Shown: positions 6,841 through 16,346, numbered from the stretch's first letter. The stretch: 28,002 nucleotides of DNA from a virus (IMGVR_UViG_3300033406_000396:1-28002), one strand, 5' to 3'. The notes: generated by a model not told the origin, from the letters alone. Program-made: numbers and translations.

Positions 6841-9128
6841 AGGGTTCCTCCTCTCGGGATTCCTCTTCCCCTTAATTCATTTACTTGATATACGTTGACC
6901 CGAACTGCCGACTGCACACTTCCAAAATCGTCGACCTGCTGTGCTACCGAATACAGAGTGGATGGAATCGACGTACTAATCGTTCGTGCCACGATGCCGC
7001 CGCGCAAAATATCCACTTCGTATTTCTCAGTTGTTTCCCCCAACGGAACATCAACATAGTCGGCCCAGTCGCTATATTCCCTCGTTCTTCTTATCCAAGT
7101 CATGGTCAAATTACCGGAACCATCCCGTTCTCCTTTCAAATGGCAAGGCGACCAACACCTCGCAATCCTGCCAGTACTGGTATGCTGTTCAACAAAATAG
7201 GAGGCGTCCGTAATATCTGCAATTTGAGAACCATATTTGTACGACCGTGCAACGCCCCAATCCGATGCAGTCTCCACCACAGTGGATATGCCCTCCGTTT
7301 CCAGGAGCACAAAGCGCTCCCCGGCCTTGTGCTTACTCATGGCATCTTCTGTTCCCAGTCGTCCTCTCAGCAAGCCTGACAGCTGATACGTGGCCTCATC
7401 CACCAAAACGGCCGTTTGAAATTGCACGATTTCGTCGCCGACCACCGCGGAGTTATAGCCGTTCAAGACTGCCGCTTCCGACCGGCTCTCCAACTCTCCG
7501 GAAAGCAATACAACCGTAATTGTGTTGGCCCAGTCCCAAAAATCCTCCGGGCCAGGTCCCAGCGCATTGGATACGGTTCCAACTGTGCTTTCTTGGTCCA
7601 TTCGCTGCACCAGCAGGTAAGACTCCCCGCCGTCCAACGTCTTATACAAATTGGCCCCAAAATACACCTGACCGGCAGCCGCCAAATACTCAATATATTT
7701 TCCGGATGTGTCATTCGGCAGGCGCGGCAAGTCCAAAATATGCAGGACCACCGCCGTACTCGTTTGCGGCGGCGAAGGCAATACTTCCGCATCCGCCGCT
7801 CTTGGGCTTATATTGTACGTCGTATCGGCCAGCTCCGTACTTTCGATCTGAACCAAACCTGGCAAACCGAATGACGCTTTGTCTACTTGCACCCTTCGGA
7901 TCCGTTCACCGGTATCGACCAACAATTCTTTCCCCGCCCCTAAAAAGGCCCACCACATGCCTAATGAAAAATTCACCTGGTTTCTGCTGGCCCAAGTCTG
8001 ATAGAGCTTTGTTTCGGCAAGCGCCTTCGCTTGCCCGTCTTGCATAATGACATCCATCGTTTCCGACGCAACCGCTGCGCTTTTGGTGACGATCCGGTTA
8101 GCCGCCATGGAATTTTGCTCATAGTCTTTATCCAGCGAAGTATATGTGATTTTATAGGTTTTGGGCAATTCCAGTTCATGCTTTCGGATCACTTGAAACA
8201 GTTCCGTATCGCTGGTATCACCCTCCTTTGCCGCAAGGTTATTGTAGGGAACCGGAAGCGCGTTTCGCGCTGCCCTGCGCTGAAAGACGATCTGGCCTTC
8301 CTCCTCCAAGCCGTCAAAAAGGTACACAGCACGCAGCTGCTCAATCCGTTCCCTAAAGGTTTTGTCCCCAGCGATCGACAGACCATGTATTCTTGTCCCT
8401 ATTAAATCTGAAACATCAACTGCCTTGCTTCCAAACGTTTCATATAGTTTTGCTTTCGCGGAAATATCCTCAACGACGGCCCCCAAATCCCGCAGCGCGG
8501 TCACTACCTCAAAAGTAAAATTGGGGATCCGGTTGCCGTAGTCGGCCAGTTCCAAATCTTTCAGCACAATATACGCCATGCCGCGATACGCCGGTGACGT
8601 CCCTTCGCCTTCAATGCCTTCTATCCAAGGGTCCGGTTCCTGTTCTTCATTCCCCAAATACAGCCTGTATTGCACTTTGTTTCCCGTAACCGCGCCGCTG
8701 GTAAACCCTTTTACATATCCGGCGGTCAACAACTCTTCCTCGGTCGGCAGCGCATCCTTGAATTTCGCTGTGATTTCAGTTCCATCCGCCCAAACGCGCG
8801 AAATTCCCAACATAGGCCCTTTGCAAATCCCAATGGCGCAGGAAACGGTGTACGAATAGGTCGTCGTACCACCGCCGCCCTTGCCTCCGGATTTTTTCTT
8901 GTGCTCAACAAAATTCGTGCCCCAGATAATATTGCCGGCGACTCTGGCAGTGCCATAGACCGTGTTGATCGGAGTGCCGTAAGTGGAAGCCTGGACTTCC
9001 AAGTCATCCAGCCGCGTGCCTGTGGTGCTGGGAGCAAACAACCGCTGATCAATGTAGCTGCCAATCAAAGTGAGCACGCCGTGCCAAAAAGCGTTGGCCT
9101 TGATGGATCCTAACAATATCGTAGCCAT
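6837..9128 (-). CDS. Tail tip / host-specificity protein (RcGTA g15-like, without TIM-barrel)
   Basis: STYGTPI..VYG..RVAGNIIW, SPAYRGMAYIV, YGNRIPNFTFEV, LSGLLRGRLGTE, WIRRTR...VPLGE..E.YEVDI. Confidence 0.88.
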   Translation of the reverse strand: MATILLGSIKANAFWHGVLTLIGSYIDQRLFAPSTTGTRLDDLEVQASTYGTPINTVYGTARVAGNIIWGTNFVEHKKKSGGKGGGGTTTYSYTVSCAIGICKGPMLGISRVWADGTEITAKFKDALPTEEELLTAGYVKGFTSGAVTGNKVQYRLYLGNEEQEPDPWIEGIEGEGTSPAYRGMAYIVLKDLELADYGNRIPNFTFEVVTALRDLGAVVEDISAKAKLYETFGSKAVDVSDLIGTRIHGLSIAGDKTFRERIEQLRAVYLFDGLEEEGQIVFQRRAARNALPVPYNNLAAKEGDTSDTELFQVIRKHELELPKTYKITYTSLDKDYEQNSMAANRIVTKSAAVASETMDVIMQDGQAKALAETKLYQTWASRNQVNFSLGMWWAFLGAGKELLVDTGERIRRVQVDKASFGLPGLVQIESTELADTTYNISPRAADAEVLPSPPQTSTAVVLHILDLPRLPNDTSGKYIEYLAAAGQVYFGANLYKTLDGGESYLLVQRMDQESTVGTVSNALGPGPEDFWDWANTITVVLLSGELESRSEAAVLNGYNSAVVGDEIVQFQTAVLVDEATYQLSGLLRGRLGTEDAMSKHKAGERFVLLETEGISTVVETASDWGVARSYKYGSQIADITDASYFVEQHTSTGRIARCWSPCHLKGERDGSGNLTMTWIRRTREYSDWADYVDVPLGETTEKYEVDILRGGIVARTISTSIPSTLYSVAQQVDDFGSVQSAVRVNVYQVNELRGRGIPRGGTL

Positions 9129-9566
9129 TTAGTCCTCCACCTCCGGCATTCGGAAAACCGCCTTGGTCAGCCGCTTCCATACCGCATCATACGGAATTTC
9201 CACGACGCGCCCGACATCTTCCCACGCATGGATAAAGGTCTTTCCCGCCAGGATGCCAATATGATGCGCCGGAAAATTGAGAAAGCCAAAGAGAAGAAGA
9301 TCTCCTTCCCTTTCCTGGTTGAGAGGAACTTCATCGCAAAATCGGCTGATTTCGTTTTTCAGTTTTTCTTCCTTGCCATGCAGATGGGTGGTGCGGGTAT
9401 AATCGATCGATAGATCCACTGGGTTTCCTGTTACTGCCGTATAGACGCCGCGGACCAGCCCCACACAATCGCAACCGATCCCCTTTCGGGAAGCCTGATG
9501 AACCCACTTGGTTCCCTTCCATTCCCTCGCTTCTTTTACAATATCCGCCCTCTTCACGACATTCAC
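9129..9566 (-). CDS. NlpC/P60 tail-associated peptidase (RcGTA g14-like)
   Basis: HQAS.KGIGCDCVGLVRGV, HIGI...FIHA catalytic pattern. Confidence 0.9.
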   Translation of the reverse strand: MNVVKRADIVKEAREWKGTKWVHQASRKGIGCDCVGLVRGVYTAVTGNPVDLSIDYTRTTHLHGKEEKLKNEISRFCDEVPLNQEREGDLLLFGFLNFPAHHIGILAGKTFIHAWEDVGRVVEIPYDAVWKRLTKAVFRMPEVED

Positions 9567-10633
9567 CCTCTCTTGGCGCTGCTTGCCGAAGAAACCGTGT
9601 TCGTTCCCTTGATTGGGTACGAAACAGAGTATCCGGATCCAGGCACATATGGCTCTCCCCGAAAGTTGAACCGGTTGTTGTATTTCGTTTGGCAGGTGCT
9701 GAAATTCTTATCGCACCCCATTACCATGCTGAACGTATCGCCAACAGCCAGATAATACGGAGCCGGCAAATACAATGTAATGGTCCCGGAAGCCGTCTGC
9801 GTCTGAATTTCGACCTGGGCATTCGTATTTTTTCCGTTTGTAAAGGTCAGGACTCCATAATCATAGGCGTTTGCAACCGCAATTACATTGGTTTCAAACA
9901 TGCTGCCATGCAGCACCTTGGTAATCATGCCTGCCGCGCTTTTATCGGCCATAGTTACCTTGCACTCATGATCCCCCAGCTGCGCGCGGCATAATTTCTG
10001 ATACACTTCACCGCCGGTTTGCTGGTAGGCTTCCAGCATGCCGCGCACCTCCGCGGTAAATCCGATCGCAGTATGCGTAATTTGGCCGATCGTCCCTCGT
10101 CGAATAATATGCTTCGGTTGAGATAGGTCTTGCCAATTGACCAGATAGATGGTGATTTTTGCAAAATCGTACCGCCCGGCGCTGATGTCATCGGCCGTGA
10201 TTTTGTCGCTGGACAGCATTCCTTCCACATCCAAATTATCCACCGACATATCTGCCGTGTCGTCCACCGCGGTCGGCGAAAAACCGGTCGCCGCTTCGTA
10301 AGTCAAGCCATCAAACGCCAAATCTTGATCATGGTTCGTAAACCCCATCACGGTGCCGTCTTCGAGTTCCAATTTCCAGCAATAGGCCGACGGGATGACT
10401 TCTTTGCACATCCAGGGATACGGATGCTCGGTATAGAGCGCGGTAATATGAACGGCCGGCAAATTGGTTTTGTCCTGTTCAAATAGATTGGTCACAAATT
10501 CAACGGCAACGCCTTCGGACAAAAACCGGTCTGTGCCATATAACACCGTAACCGTCATAGCGGGCGTTCTTGCTAACTCCTTGCTGTACAAACTTACCGC
10601 GTATTGATCAAACGCAACGTGTTCCGATGCCAT
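9563..10633 (-). CDS. DUF2163 baseplate hub protein (RcGTA g13-like) with N-terminal extension
   Basis: CWKL...DG..MGFTNHD.DL.FDG, CRAQLGD..C, GCDK.FSTC..KYNN..NFRGEPYVPG. Confidence 0.9.
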   Translation of the reverse strand: MASEHVAFDQYAVSLYSKELARTPAMTVTVLYGTDRFLSEGVAVEFVTNLFEQDKTNLPAVHITALYTEHPYPWMCKEVIPSAYCWKLELEDGTVMGFTNHDQDLAFDGLTYEAATGFSPTAVDDTADMSVDNLDVEGMLSSDKITADDISAGRYDFAKITIYLVNWQDLSQPKHIIRRGTIGQITHTAIGFTAEVRGMLEAYQQTGGEVYQKLCRAQLGDHECKVTMADKSAAGMITKVLHGSMFETNVIAVANAYDYGVLTFTNGKNTNAQVEIQTQTASGTITLYLPAPYYLAVGDTFSMVMGCDKNFSTCQTKYNNRFNFRGEPYVPGSGYSVSYPIKGTNTVSSASSAKRG

Positions 10634-10636
10634 GCG

Positions 10637-12085
10637 CTACACCTTCGCTTTAAAGCCGATTTGCAGAGCATTGATCTGCTGCCGGGTCCATGTCCCCTGC
10701 AAATAGGCATGCCGACGGTTGACAACGGTCGGCATAACAATGGGATCGCTATAGATCATGCCGCCGTCAATCTTTGCGCTCATCTGTCCGTTGGCGAGAG
10801 TGGTTCCGGCTTCTCCTCTGACTGTTACTTTCAAGCAGTTTACTGCCGTGCATTCGCTATCCGTCAGGTCCGTGCAATGGTTGAGAAATTCCTGGCCGTC
10901 CGCGCTCATCGACATATAGCGTTTGCTTTCCAGCCATGGTTTTTCCGTCAAAGCAGCCGATGTGCCATTAAACAGGTGCATGATGTTGGTTGCGGTCAAA
11001 TATTGGGCGAAGGCGCGCGGAAAATTCCCGCTGCCGTCGGTCGAGTAGCTTTGTTCGGTGCCTAAAGCAAAGGCGTCGCCCGAAAGATAATACCAGCTCG
11101 CCAAATTGAGATCGTTCCCATTATTGCTGGTTGCTGTGTAAATCAGCGTTCCCGCTGTCGTATAAATTCCGACATACTCGCCGGCAGCAATATTCCAGGC
11201 CGGTATTTGATTGCCGGCGTTCAGGGTGTTGACCCCCGCCAAACAAGAAACAAACGCCTGCCGGGCGACGTCCGGCGTGAACTTTACCTGCGTTGCGTTT
11301 TTGGTAAAAATGCCTACTTTTACGGTATCCGCGGCGGTCAGCGCAAAGGATACCGTTTGCAATGTCCCGGCAACTCTGGCTGCCTGTGGAATCATATAGG
11401 TTCCGGTTTTTACGGTTGTGGAGGTCGTGGTGGTGTCATTGCCCATAACATCCATAAATCCGTCCGTGGTATTGGTGTCTCCCGCCCCGGAAAGGTACAT
11501 GAGCTGCATCCGCTTTTTTCCGATTCGGCCTTGGTTTGTCGCAATCCACTCCGATATATACCATGTTACACTGTTTGCATTTGGCGTAATCCACATGGCG
11601 CAGCCAATGAGGTCCGCCGATGATCCCGTATTCCCGGCAAACGAAATTTCTAATCCCCCGTCAACCCACACTTCCAAAACGCCTTCTGTGGCATGGCGCT
11701 TGTAATGCATTTCGATTTGATGTTCGGTATTAGTTGCCAGCGACGTTGTCCCAGCACCAACCAACGTCATGGTACCGCCAATCGACGCGTACCCTTTTAC
11801 CACATTTCCTTCAATCTGCACTTTGGCTAAAATAGTGCTTTGATCGGCTTTTGCCGCCGCCATCGTCAGAGCCATCGAGCCGATGATTCGGGTATACTCG
11901 CTGAGCCAAATCTCCGTTCCCGTTTCGGGAAGGTTCTTCCAAAGGATCGGACAGTTGAGGCTCCAGTTTTGAAAGTTGTAAAACGTCACGCACTTTCCGG
12001 TGCGCATTCCGTCGGACTGCGCGCAGGTGCCGTTATAGGTATCTAGGTCCGTTAACAGCCCCCCTGAATACCATAGGTACGACAT
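10637..12085 (-). CDS. Virion structural protein, putative receptor-binding/tail fibre (beta-rich, LamG/ConA-like N-terminal part)
   Basis: 482 aa Thr/Gly/Ala-rich ORF within tail-tip module; HQIEMHYK...GVLEVWVDG pattern. Confidence 0.6.
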   Translation of the reverse strand: MSYLWYSGGLLTDLDTYNGTCAQSDGMRTGKCVTFYNFQNWSLNCPILWKNLPETGTEIWLSEYTRIIGSMALTMAAAKADQSTILAKVQIEGNVVKGYASIGGTMTLVGAGTTSLATNTEHQIEMHYKRHATEGVLEVWVDGGLEISFAGNTGSSADLIGCAMWITPNANSVTWYISEWIATNQGRIGKKRMQLMYLSGAGDTNTTDGFMDVMGNDTTTTSTTVKTGTYMIPQAARVAGTLQTVSFALTAADTVKVGIFTKNATQVKFTPDVARQAFVSCLAGVNTLNAGNQIPAWNIAAGEYVGIYTTAGTLIYTATSNNGNDLNLASWYYLSGDAFALGTEQSYSTDGSGNFPRAFAQYLTATNIMHLFNGTSAALTEKPWLESKRYMSMSADGQEFLNHCTDLTDSECTAVNCLKVTVRGEAGTTLANGQMSAKIDGGMIYSDPIVMPTVVNRRHAYLQGTWTRQQINALQIGFKAKV

Positions 12086-12089
12086 TGCA

Positions 12090-12692
12090 TCACCCCTTTA
12101 TTTCTACTATCTCCACGCTGTTCCAGGAAAAACAAGCGTCCGTATCCATACTGGACGGCATCTCATCCGAGGCAAACCGACAAGGAACATCAAACTCAAA
12201 ATCGGCTGTAATCACAGCGGGCGCCGGATCGGCAGCAAATAGGATATGTCCCTTCGTATAGTCGACGGTATACGCATCCGTCATCAGAATATGGTCTTTA
12301 TACACGGTGACGGTTCCGGCAACCGGCTTTTTGATGGTCCGAATACTGGAATACCCTGCTGCATCCGTATATTTTTTCTGCAGTTGGTAAACCAACGGAT
12401 ATTCCGGGTTGGCCACTATGCAGAGTTGGCCGAACGCAGTGTAGTCAAGCCAATCTTTAAACCGGAAACCATGGGCTCGGCCGGCGCGGTTCATAAAAAA
12501 CGCCAGCAGAGCGCCGTACTGCGCATAGTTTTTCACTGCCTGCGAGACATTGTATTTGCGCCTGGGCTGCTCCCATTGCTGCACCCGTTGTTCCGCCCAA
12601 TCGGTCGGCGTGACAATACCTGTCAGAAACTGCGGCCCCCCTGTGCATCCATAGGAAATATCCGCCGGGAATTGTATTTCGTGAAACGCCAT
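12090..12692 (-). CDS. DUF2460 distal tail protein (RcGTA g12-like)
   Basis: MAFHEIQFP.DISYG..GGP.F.T, FF..R.GRAHGFRFKDW.DY, ITADFEFDVPCRF; start ATG 12692 after AGGAGAG. Confidence 0.92.
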   Translation of the reverse strand: MAFHEIQFPADISYGCTGGPQFLTGIVTPTDWAEQRVQQWEQPRRKYNVSQAVKNYAQYGALLAFFMNRAGRAHGFRFKDWLDYTAFGQLCIVANPEYPLVYQLQKKYTDAAGYSSIRTIKKPVAGTVTVYKDHILMTDAYTVDYTKGHILFAADPAPAVITADFEFDVPCRFASDEMPSSMDTDACFSWNSVEIVEIKG

Positions 12693-12702
12693 ATGCTCTC
12701 TC

Positions 12703-15432
12703 CTATCCGTTTCGGCGCGCCGCGCTGTAGGAAGCACGGTAGGCGCTGGCGTAAATTTGGCTCTGCGATTTTTTAAAGGACTGAATGTCCGGCGTCGTAA
12801 TGTTCATGATGATAGTCGGCTGACTGGCCAGCATATTTTGCGTATCTCTGGCGTTGTAAATCCGGCCGCCGCGGTTAAAGTTGATGAGCTCCGGCCCTTC
12901 TTCGCCGACCAAGGCCAAGCCGCCGGAATAATCACCCCCGGAAGCGAAGGCAAAGACCGTCGGCAGCAGCTGATTGGCCAGACTCTGCTGGCTGCCGGTC
13001 AACCCACCGGCTGTTGTTTGGCCAGCCGAACCGCTGGTGCCACCAAACACATTTCCCAGCAATAAAGTAATCTGGCTGGCCGCCCATTTTGCCGCGATAT
13101 CGGCAATGATTTTCAGGATGCTTCTGCCTAAATCCCGCCATGCGTCGCCGATGGACTTTGTCCCGGTAATCACATCACTGAAAAAACCCTGCAAGCCGTC
13201 ATAGAAACCGGACATTGTCTCGGCCATGACTTCCATCGTGGATTGATGGGCGCCTTTCCAAACCTCGTAATAGGTATCCAGGTATTTTTGTCTACCCGCT
13301 AAATCCTGTGCCGCCATTGCCTGTTCGGTAGTCAACAATTCTTGGTAGCGCGCAACATCGCCGTCGGCGCGCGCCTGTTCCAAGTCTTCCTGAAATTTCA
13401 CACGTTCATAATGCAAGTCCTTCAGCTTCTGATTTTTCTCGGCTTCGATAGCCACTTGTTCGGCTGCAATCTGCCGGCTGAAATCCGCCATGCCTTGTTC
13501 GGTGATGCGAAACTGAATGCCATTGCCCTCCCACGCTGCGCGGAAATCTGCTTTTTGCTGGTCGGTCGCGGCTGTACACTCCGCCGTCCAGTCCCTGTAT
13601 TTGCGCTGAAGTTCCGTGATCTGGTTTTCCGCATCCGTTTCAATATCATATTTTTGCTTTACCACTCCGCTTAAGCCGATCCCGCCAAGTTTCTGCTGCA
13701 GGGACCGCATCGCATCGGCCGCCTGATCCCAAATGCTTGTCCGCTTCTTCGCTTCCTCGTCCAAAATTTTGCGGCGCCGAGCCGAATAGACAGCCTCCAA
13801 CATCAGCACATCTCGCTGATAATTTTCGTTTGCGTCTTTCGTTTCTTCTAAATCGGCAAGCTGCTGAGCCAGCCAAATGTCCAGCTGCTCCAATTCCGTT
13901 TTCGTTGTCTGCACCCATTGATCGTAAATCGCCTTGCTGACCTGCCGGGCTTTTGCCTCGAGTTTTTCCCAGGCCTTTTCCGCTTCCTTCCCGGCTTCCT
14001 GGGTTGCTTCGCCTATACCCTGTGCTCCCTTCGTCAAGCCTTTGAACGTTGTGTCTAAATTTACGCTAGAGACAAGATCTTTAAAATTTACTGTTCCGCT
14101 TGTCAAGGCGCTTCCTATACCGTCATACGCTTTACCCAGTCCTTCCACCGCAGCTTGCAAGCGCCCCGCCGCATCGACCGCCTCCGTATTTGCACCGGCA
14201 GTTCCTTGCTGCATTGCCGTCAGCCATTCAGAAGCCGCATCCTTCAAACCACCGCCAAACAAGTTCAGCAACGGCATGATCGCTGACAATACGCTTGCCA
14301 CTCCACCATAGACAAGGCTCTTTAGCTCAGCCCACTTTTGCTGTGTATACGATACCGCAGCGGTCCACACATTGCCGAATAAATCGCCCAACGGTTCCCA
14401 CGCCTGCCAGATCATCCAGGCAGTGGCGCCTAAAGCTGCGCCAGCCGCAATAAATGGCAGCAGCGGAACCATGGCCGTCCATAACGCGATCCCAAATGCG
14501 ATGATGGCCGGAACAGCGGCGCCAGCCAACGCGCCGGCAACGGCAAAAATAGCAAGCGACAGTTCCTTAGGGATCAAATTCTTTAATGCCTCGTTGATTC
14601 CGTTCGCTTTGATATACTGGGCAATACTTCCCAAATCCGTTGCCAAAGCTTCCAGCTTGCCCTTGATATCCAGACTATCGATGAGTTTGTCGCCGATTTG
14701 GCGCATCACCGCGCTCGCATTGTCTTTGATGGTGGACAATAAGCCGGGGATTTCATGGGATAACCCTTCCATGCCGCCCTTGAATTTTGCTTGCATTCCC
14801 ATCAGCATGGCATTAATTCCGGTCGTGCTGTCGATCGTGCCTTTTTCCGCCTTATCCATCGCTTCCGGGATCGACACCCCGATTGCATCGGCTAAAAATT
14901 GCCAAGCAGGAATACCCGCTTCGGCCAATTGACGCATTTCTTCCCCGCTCACCTTTCCTTTCGCCTGCATCTGGCCGATCGCCAAGGTGAGCCGGTCAAT
15001 TCCTTCCTGGCCAATGCCTAGCATTGCCGCCGCATCGCCGATCGCCGCCATGATGGGAATCACATCCTGAGCAGCAAAGCCAAAAGCGAGAAGTTTTTTC
15101 GCTGCTGTGGTCAACCCGGGCAATTCAAACGGCGTCACCGAAGCAAATTGAGCAAGCTGTTCGAGAAAGGCTTCGGCCTGTTTCGTATCTCCCAGCAACG
15201 TGCTAAACGCCCGCTTGTTGGCCTGCATATCGCCCGCCATTTTGATACTGGCTGCGCCAAACGCGCCTAACGCTGCCGTCGCTGCCGCCAACCCAGTCAG
15301 TATGCTTTCCGATGCCGCCATTGCCTCGGAACCAAGCCCTCTGCGCAGCGCTCTCCGCACGGATTCCCATTTCCGCAAAAACTCGGAGTTGTCGCCGCCT
15401 ATGAAGATGGTCATCCTGGAATTTCCGGCCAC
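12703..15432 (-). CDS. Tail tape measure protein
   Basis: 909 aa Ala-rich helical protein; FASVTPFEL...GQMQAKGKV.GEEMRQLAEAGI tape-measure domain; FASGG...VGEEGPEL near C-terminus. Confidence 0.95.
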   Translation of the reverse strand: MAGNSRMTIFIGGDNSEFLRKWESVRRALRRGLGSEAMAASESILTGLAAATAALGAFGAASIKMAGDMQANKRAFSTLLGDTKQAEAFLEQLAQFASVTPFELPGLTTAAKKLLAFGFAAQDVIPIMAAIGDAAAMLGIGQEGIDRLTLAIGQMQAKGKVSGEEMRQLAEAGIPAWQFLADAIGVSIPEAMDKAEKGTIDSTTGINAMLMGMQAKFKGGMEGLSHEIPGLLSTIKDNASAVMRQIGDKLIDSLDIKGKLEALATDLGSIAQYIKANGINEALKNLIPKELSLAIFAVAGALAGAAVPAIIAFGIALWTAMVPLLPFIAAGAALGATAWMIWQAWEPLGDLFGNVWTAAVSYTQQKWAELKSLVYGGVASVLSAIMPLLNLFGGGLKDAASEWLTAMQQGTAGANTEAVDAAGRLQAAVEGLGKAYDGIGSALTSGTVNFKDLVSSVNLDTTFKGLTKGAQGIGEATQEAGKEAEKAWEKLEAKARQVSKAIYDQWVQTTKTELEQLDIWLAQQLADLEETKDANENYQRDVLMLEAVYSARRRKILDEEAKKRTSIWDQAADAMRSLQQKLGGIGLSGVVKQKYDIETDAENQITELQRKYRDWTAECTAATDQQKADFRAAWEGNGIQFRITEQGMADFSRQIAAEQVAIEAEKNQKLKDLHYERVKFQEDLEQARADGDVARYQELLTTEQAMAAQDLAGRQKYLDTYYEVWKGAHQSTMEVMAETMSGFYDGLQGFFSDVITGTKSIGDAWRDLGRSILKIIADIAAKWAASQITLLLGNVFGGTSGSAGQTTAGGLTGSQQSLANQLLPTVFAFASGGDYSGGLALVGEEGPELINFNRGGRIYNARDTQNMLASQPTIIMNITTPDIQSFKKSQSQIYASAYRASYSAARRNG

Positions 15433-15436
15433 TTGC

Positions 15437-15769
15437 TCACCCCACTTTCGCGATCAACGCGTCCAGTTCCGCTCTCGCTTGTTCCGCCGTTGTTTTTTTG
15501 TCTGTTTTCTTATCTGTCTTGATCCCCAAAAGCAGATCCACCGTAACCGGTTGTTTCAGTTCGTAGCTGCTGCAGGTGTTAATAATCGGCGCTACAAACC
15601 GGGCGATCTCTCGCTCTTGCCGCTGGCTTCGCCACAAATAGCCGTCGATCATCTGCCGCAGTTCACCCGGTGTCAGTTGCCCGAATTCCCATGGTTTAAG
15701 CGCCAAGGCTCCATAGGCCACCGGCTCCATTTCCGCTACCCATTCTGTTACGGTGGTTATTCTTTTCCC
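15437..15769 (-). CDS. Tail assembly chaperone, frameshifted C-terminal part (lambda gpT analogue)
   Basis: LKPWEFGQLTPGEL motif; frame open from the slippery GGGAAAA at 15769; first ATG at 15730 lacks a strong RBS. Confidence 0.8.
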   Translation of the reverse strand, partial: GKRITTVTEWVAEMEPVAYGALALKPWEFGQLTPGELRQMIDGYLWRSQRQEREIARFVAPIINTCSSYELKQPVTVDLLLGIKTDKKTDKKTTAEQARAELDALIAKVG

Positions 15770-16107
15770 TCGTTTTCTGCCGTCTCTTCCTCTTCACCGC
15801 CGCCAAAAATGTTTGATTTTTTTACGGCTACTGAAACTTTTTCAACGATGCTTTCCAGCGTCCCACCGTCATTCAAATATTCCTGCATCATCATTCCTAC
15901 CCGTTGCAGGGTCAAACCCTTTTCCGCATGCTTTAAGCCGCCCCAAAGCAGCAGGCGAAATAACGAAACGCTGGCGGTCGATGGGTTAGATAACCGGGAA
16001 AGGATTGACTCCCCATGCAGCAGTTCTTCCATATCGGTCAGCGCGTTGATGTCATAGCGCAGTTTGCGCTCTTTCCCGCCGAGCGTGATATATACCGGTC
16101 CTGTCAA
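15757..16107 (-). CDS. Tail assembly chaperone (lambda gpG analogue)
   Basis: ITLGGKERKLRYDINAL..MEE; TTG start at 16107 after GAAGGGGG; position between major tail and tape measure genes. Confidence 0.85.
   Translation of the reverse strand: MTGPVYITLGGKERKLRYDINALTDMEELLHGESILSRLSNPSTASVSLFRLLLWGGLKHAEKGLTLQRVGMMMQEYLNDGGTLESIVEKVSVAVKKSNIFGGGEEEETAENEGKE
15763..15769 (-). other. -1 programmed ribosomal frameshift site G GGA AAA
   Basis: GAG GGA AAA GAA TAA; -1 frame reads GGG AAA AGA ATA ACC...ATG GAG CCG in frame with the 15437..15730 ORF. Confidence 0.8.
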
Positions 16108-16161
16108 TGTATAGCCCCCTTCTTTTGAATTTAATAAAAGTCGCCGCGTGTCACATTTTTT

Positions 16162-16170
16162 TGATATACT
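16162..16170 (+). promoter_or_regulatory. Extended -10 promoter for VOC moron
   Basis: TG-A-TATACT; no good -35; predicted start just before the stem beginning at 16178. Confidence 0.55.
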
Positions 16171-16177
16171 GAAAATA

Positions 16178-16338
16178 GATAATCCCGATCCCAAGCCAAG
16201 ACTACTAAACGTAGGTCTGGTTGGTTGCATAGCGCAGGTTTGCGTACCAACCGCGCCGGGATTATCCTGAAACGTTTCCGATCCCTCCAACTACATTCTT
16301 GTTCCCACAATTTCCGAACGGATCAATGCAAGAGGAGG
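16178..16338 (+). ncRNA. Structured 5' leader (candidate cis-regulatory RNA)
   Basis: Perfect 10-bp stem GATAATCCCG (16178-16187)/CGGGATTATC (16257-16266) enclosing further hairpins; anti-SD CCTCC at 16284-16288. Confidence 0.5.
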
Positions 16339-16346
16339 TATACGCG

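Noticed and set aside
6298-12692. Calling the element a gene transfer agent
   Set aside because: Long tape measure, lysis cassette, integrases, methyltransferase and morons indicate a true prophage
16108-16290. Long N-terminal extension of the tail chaperone given in the ORF track (15757..16290)
   Set aside because: Not protein-like, crosses the VOC promoter/leader, and a TTG with a good RBS exists at 16107
16299-16346. Earlier TTG start for the VOC gene
   Set aside because: Strong GAGGAGG sits 8 nt before ATG 16347 and the family motif begins right after it
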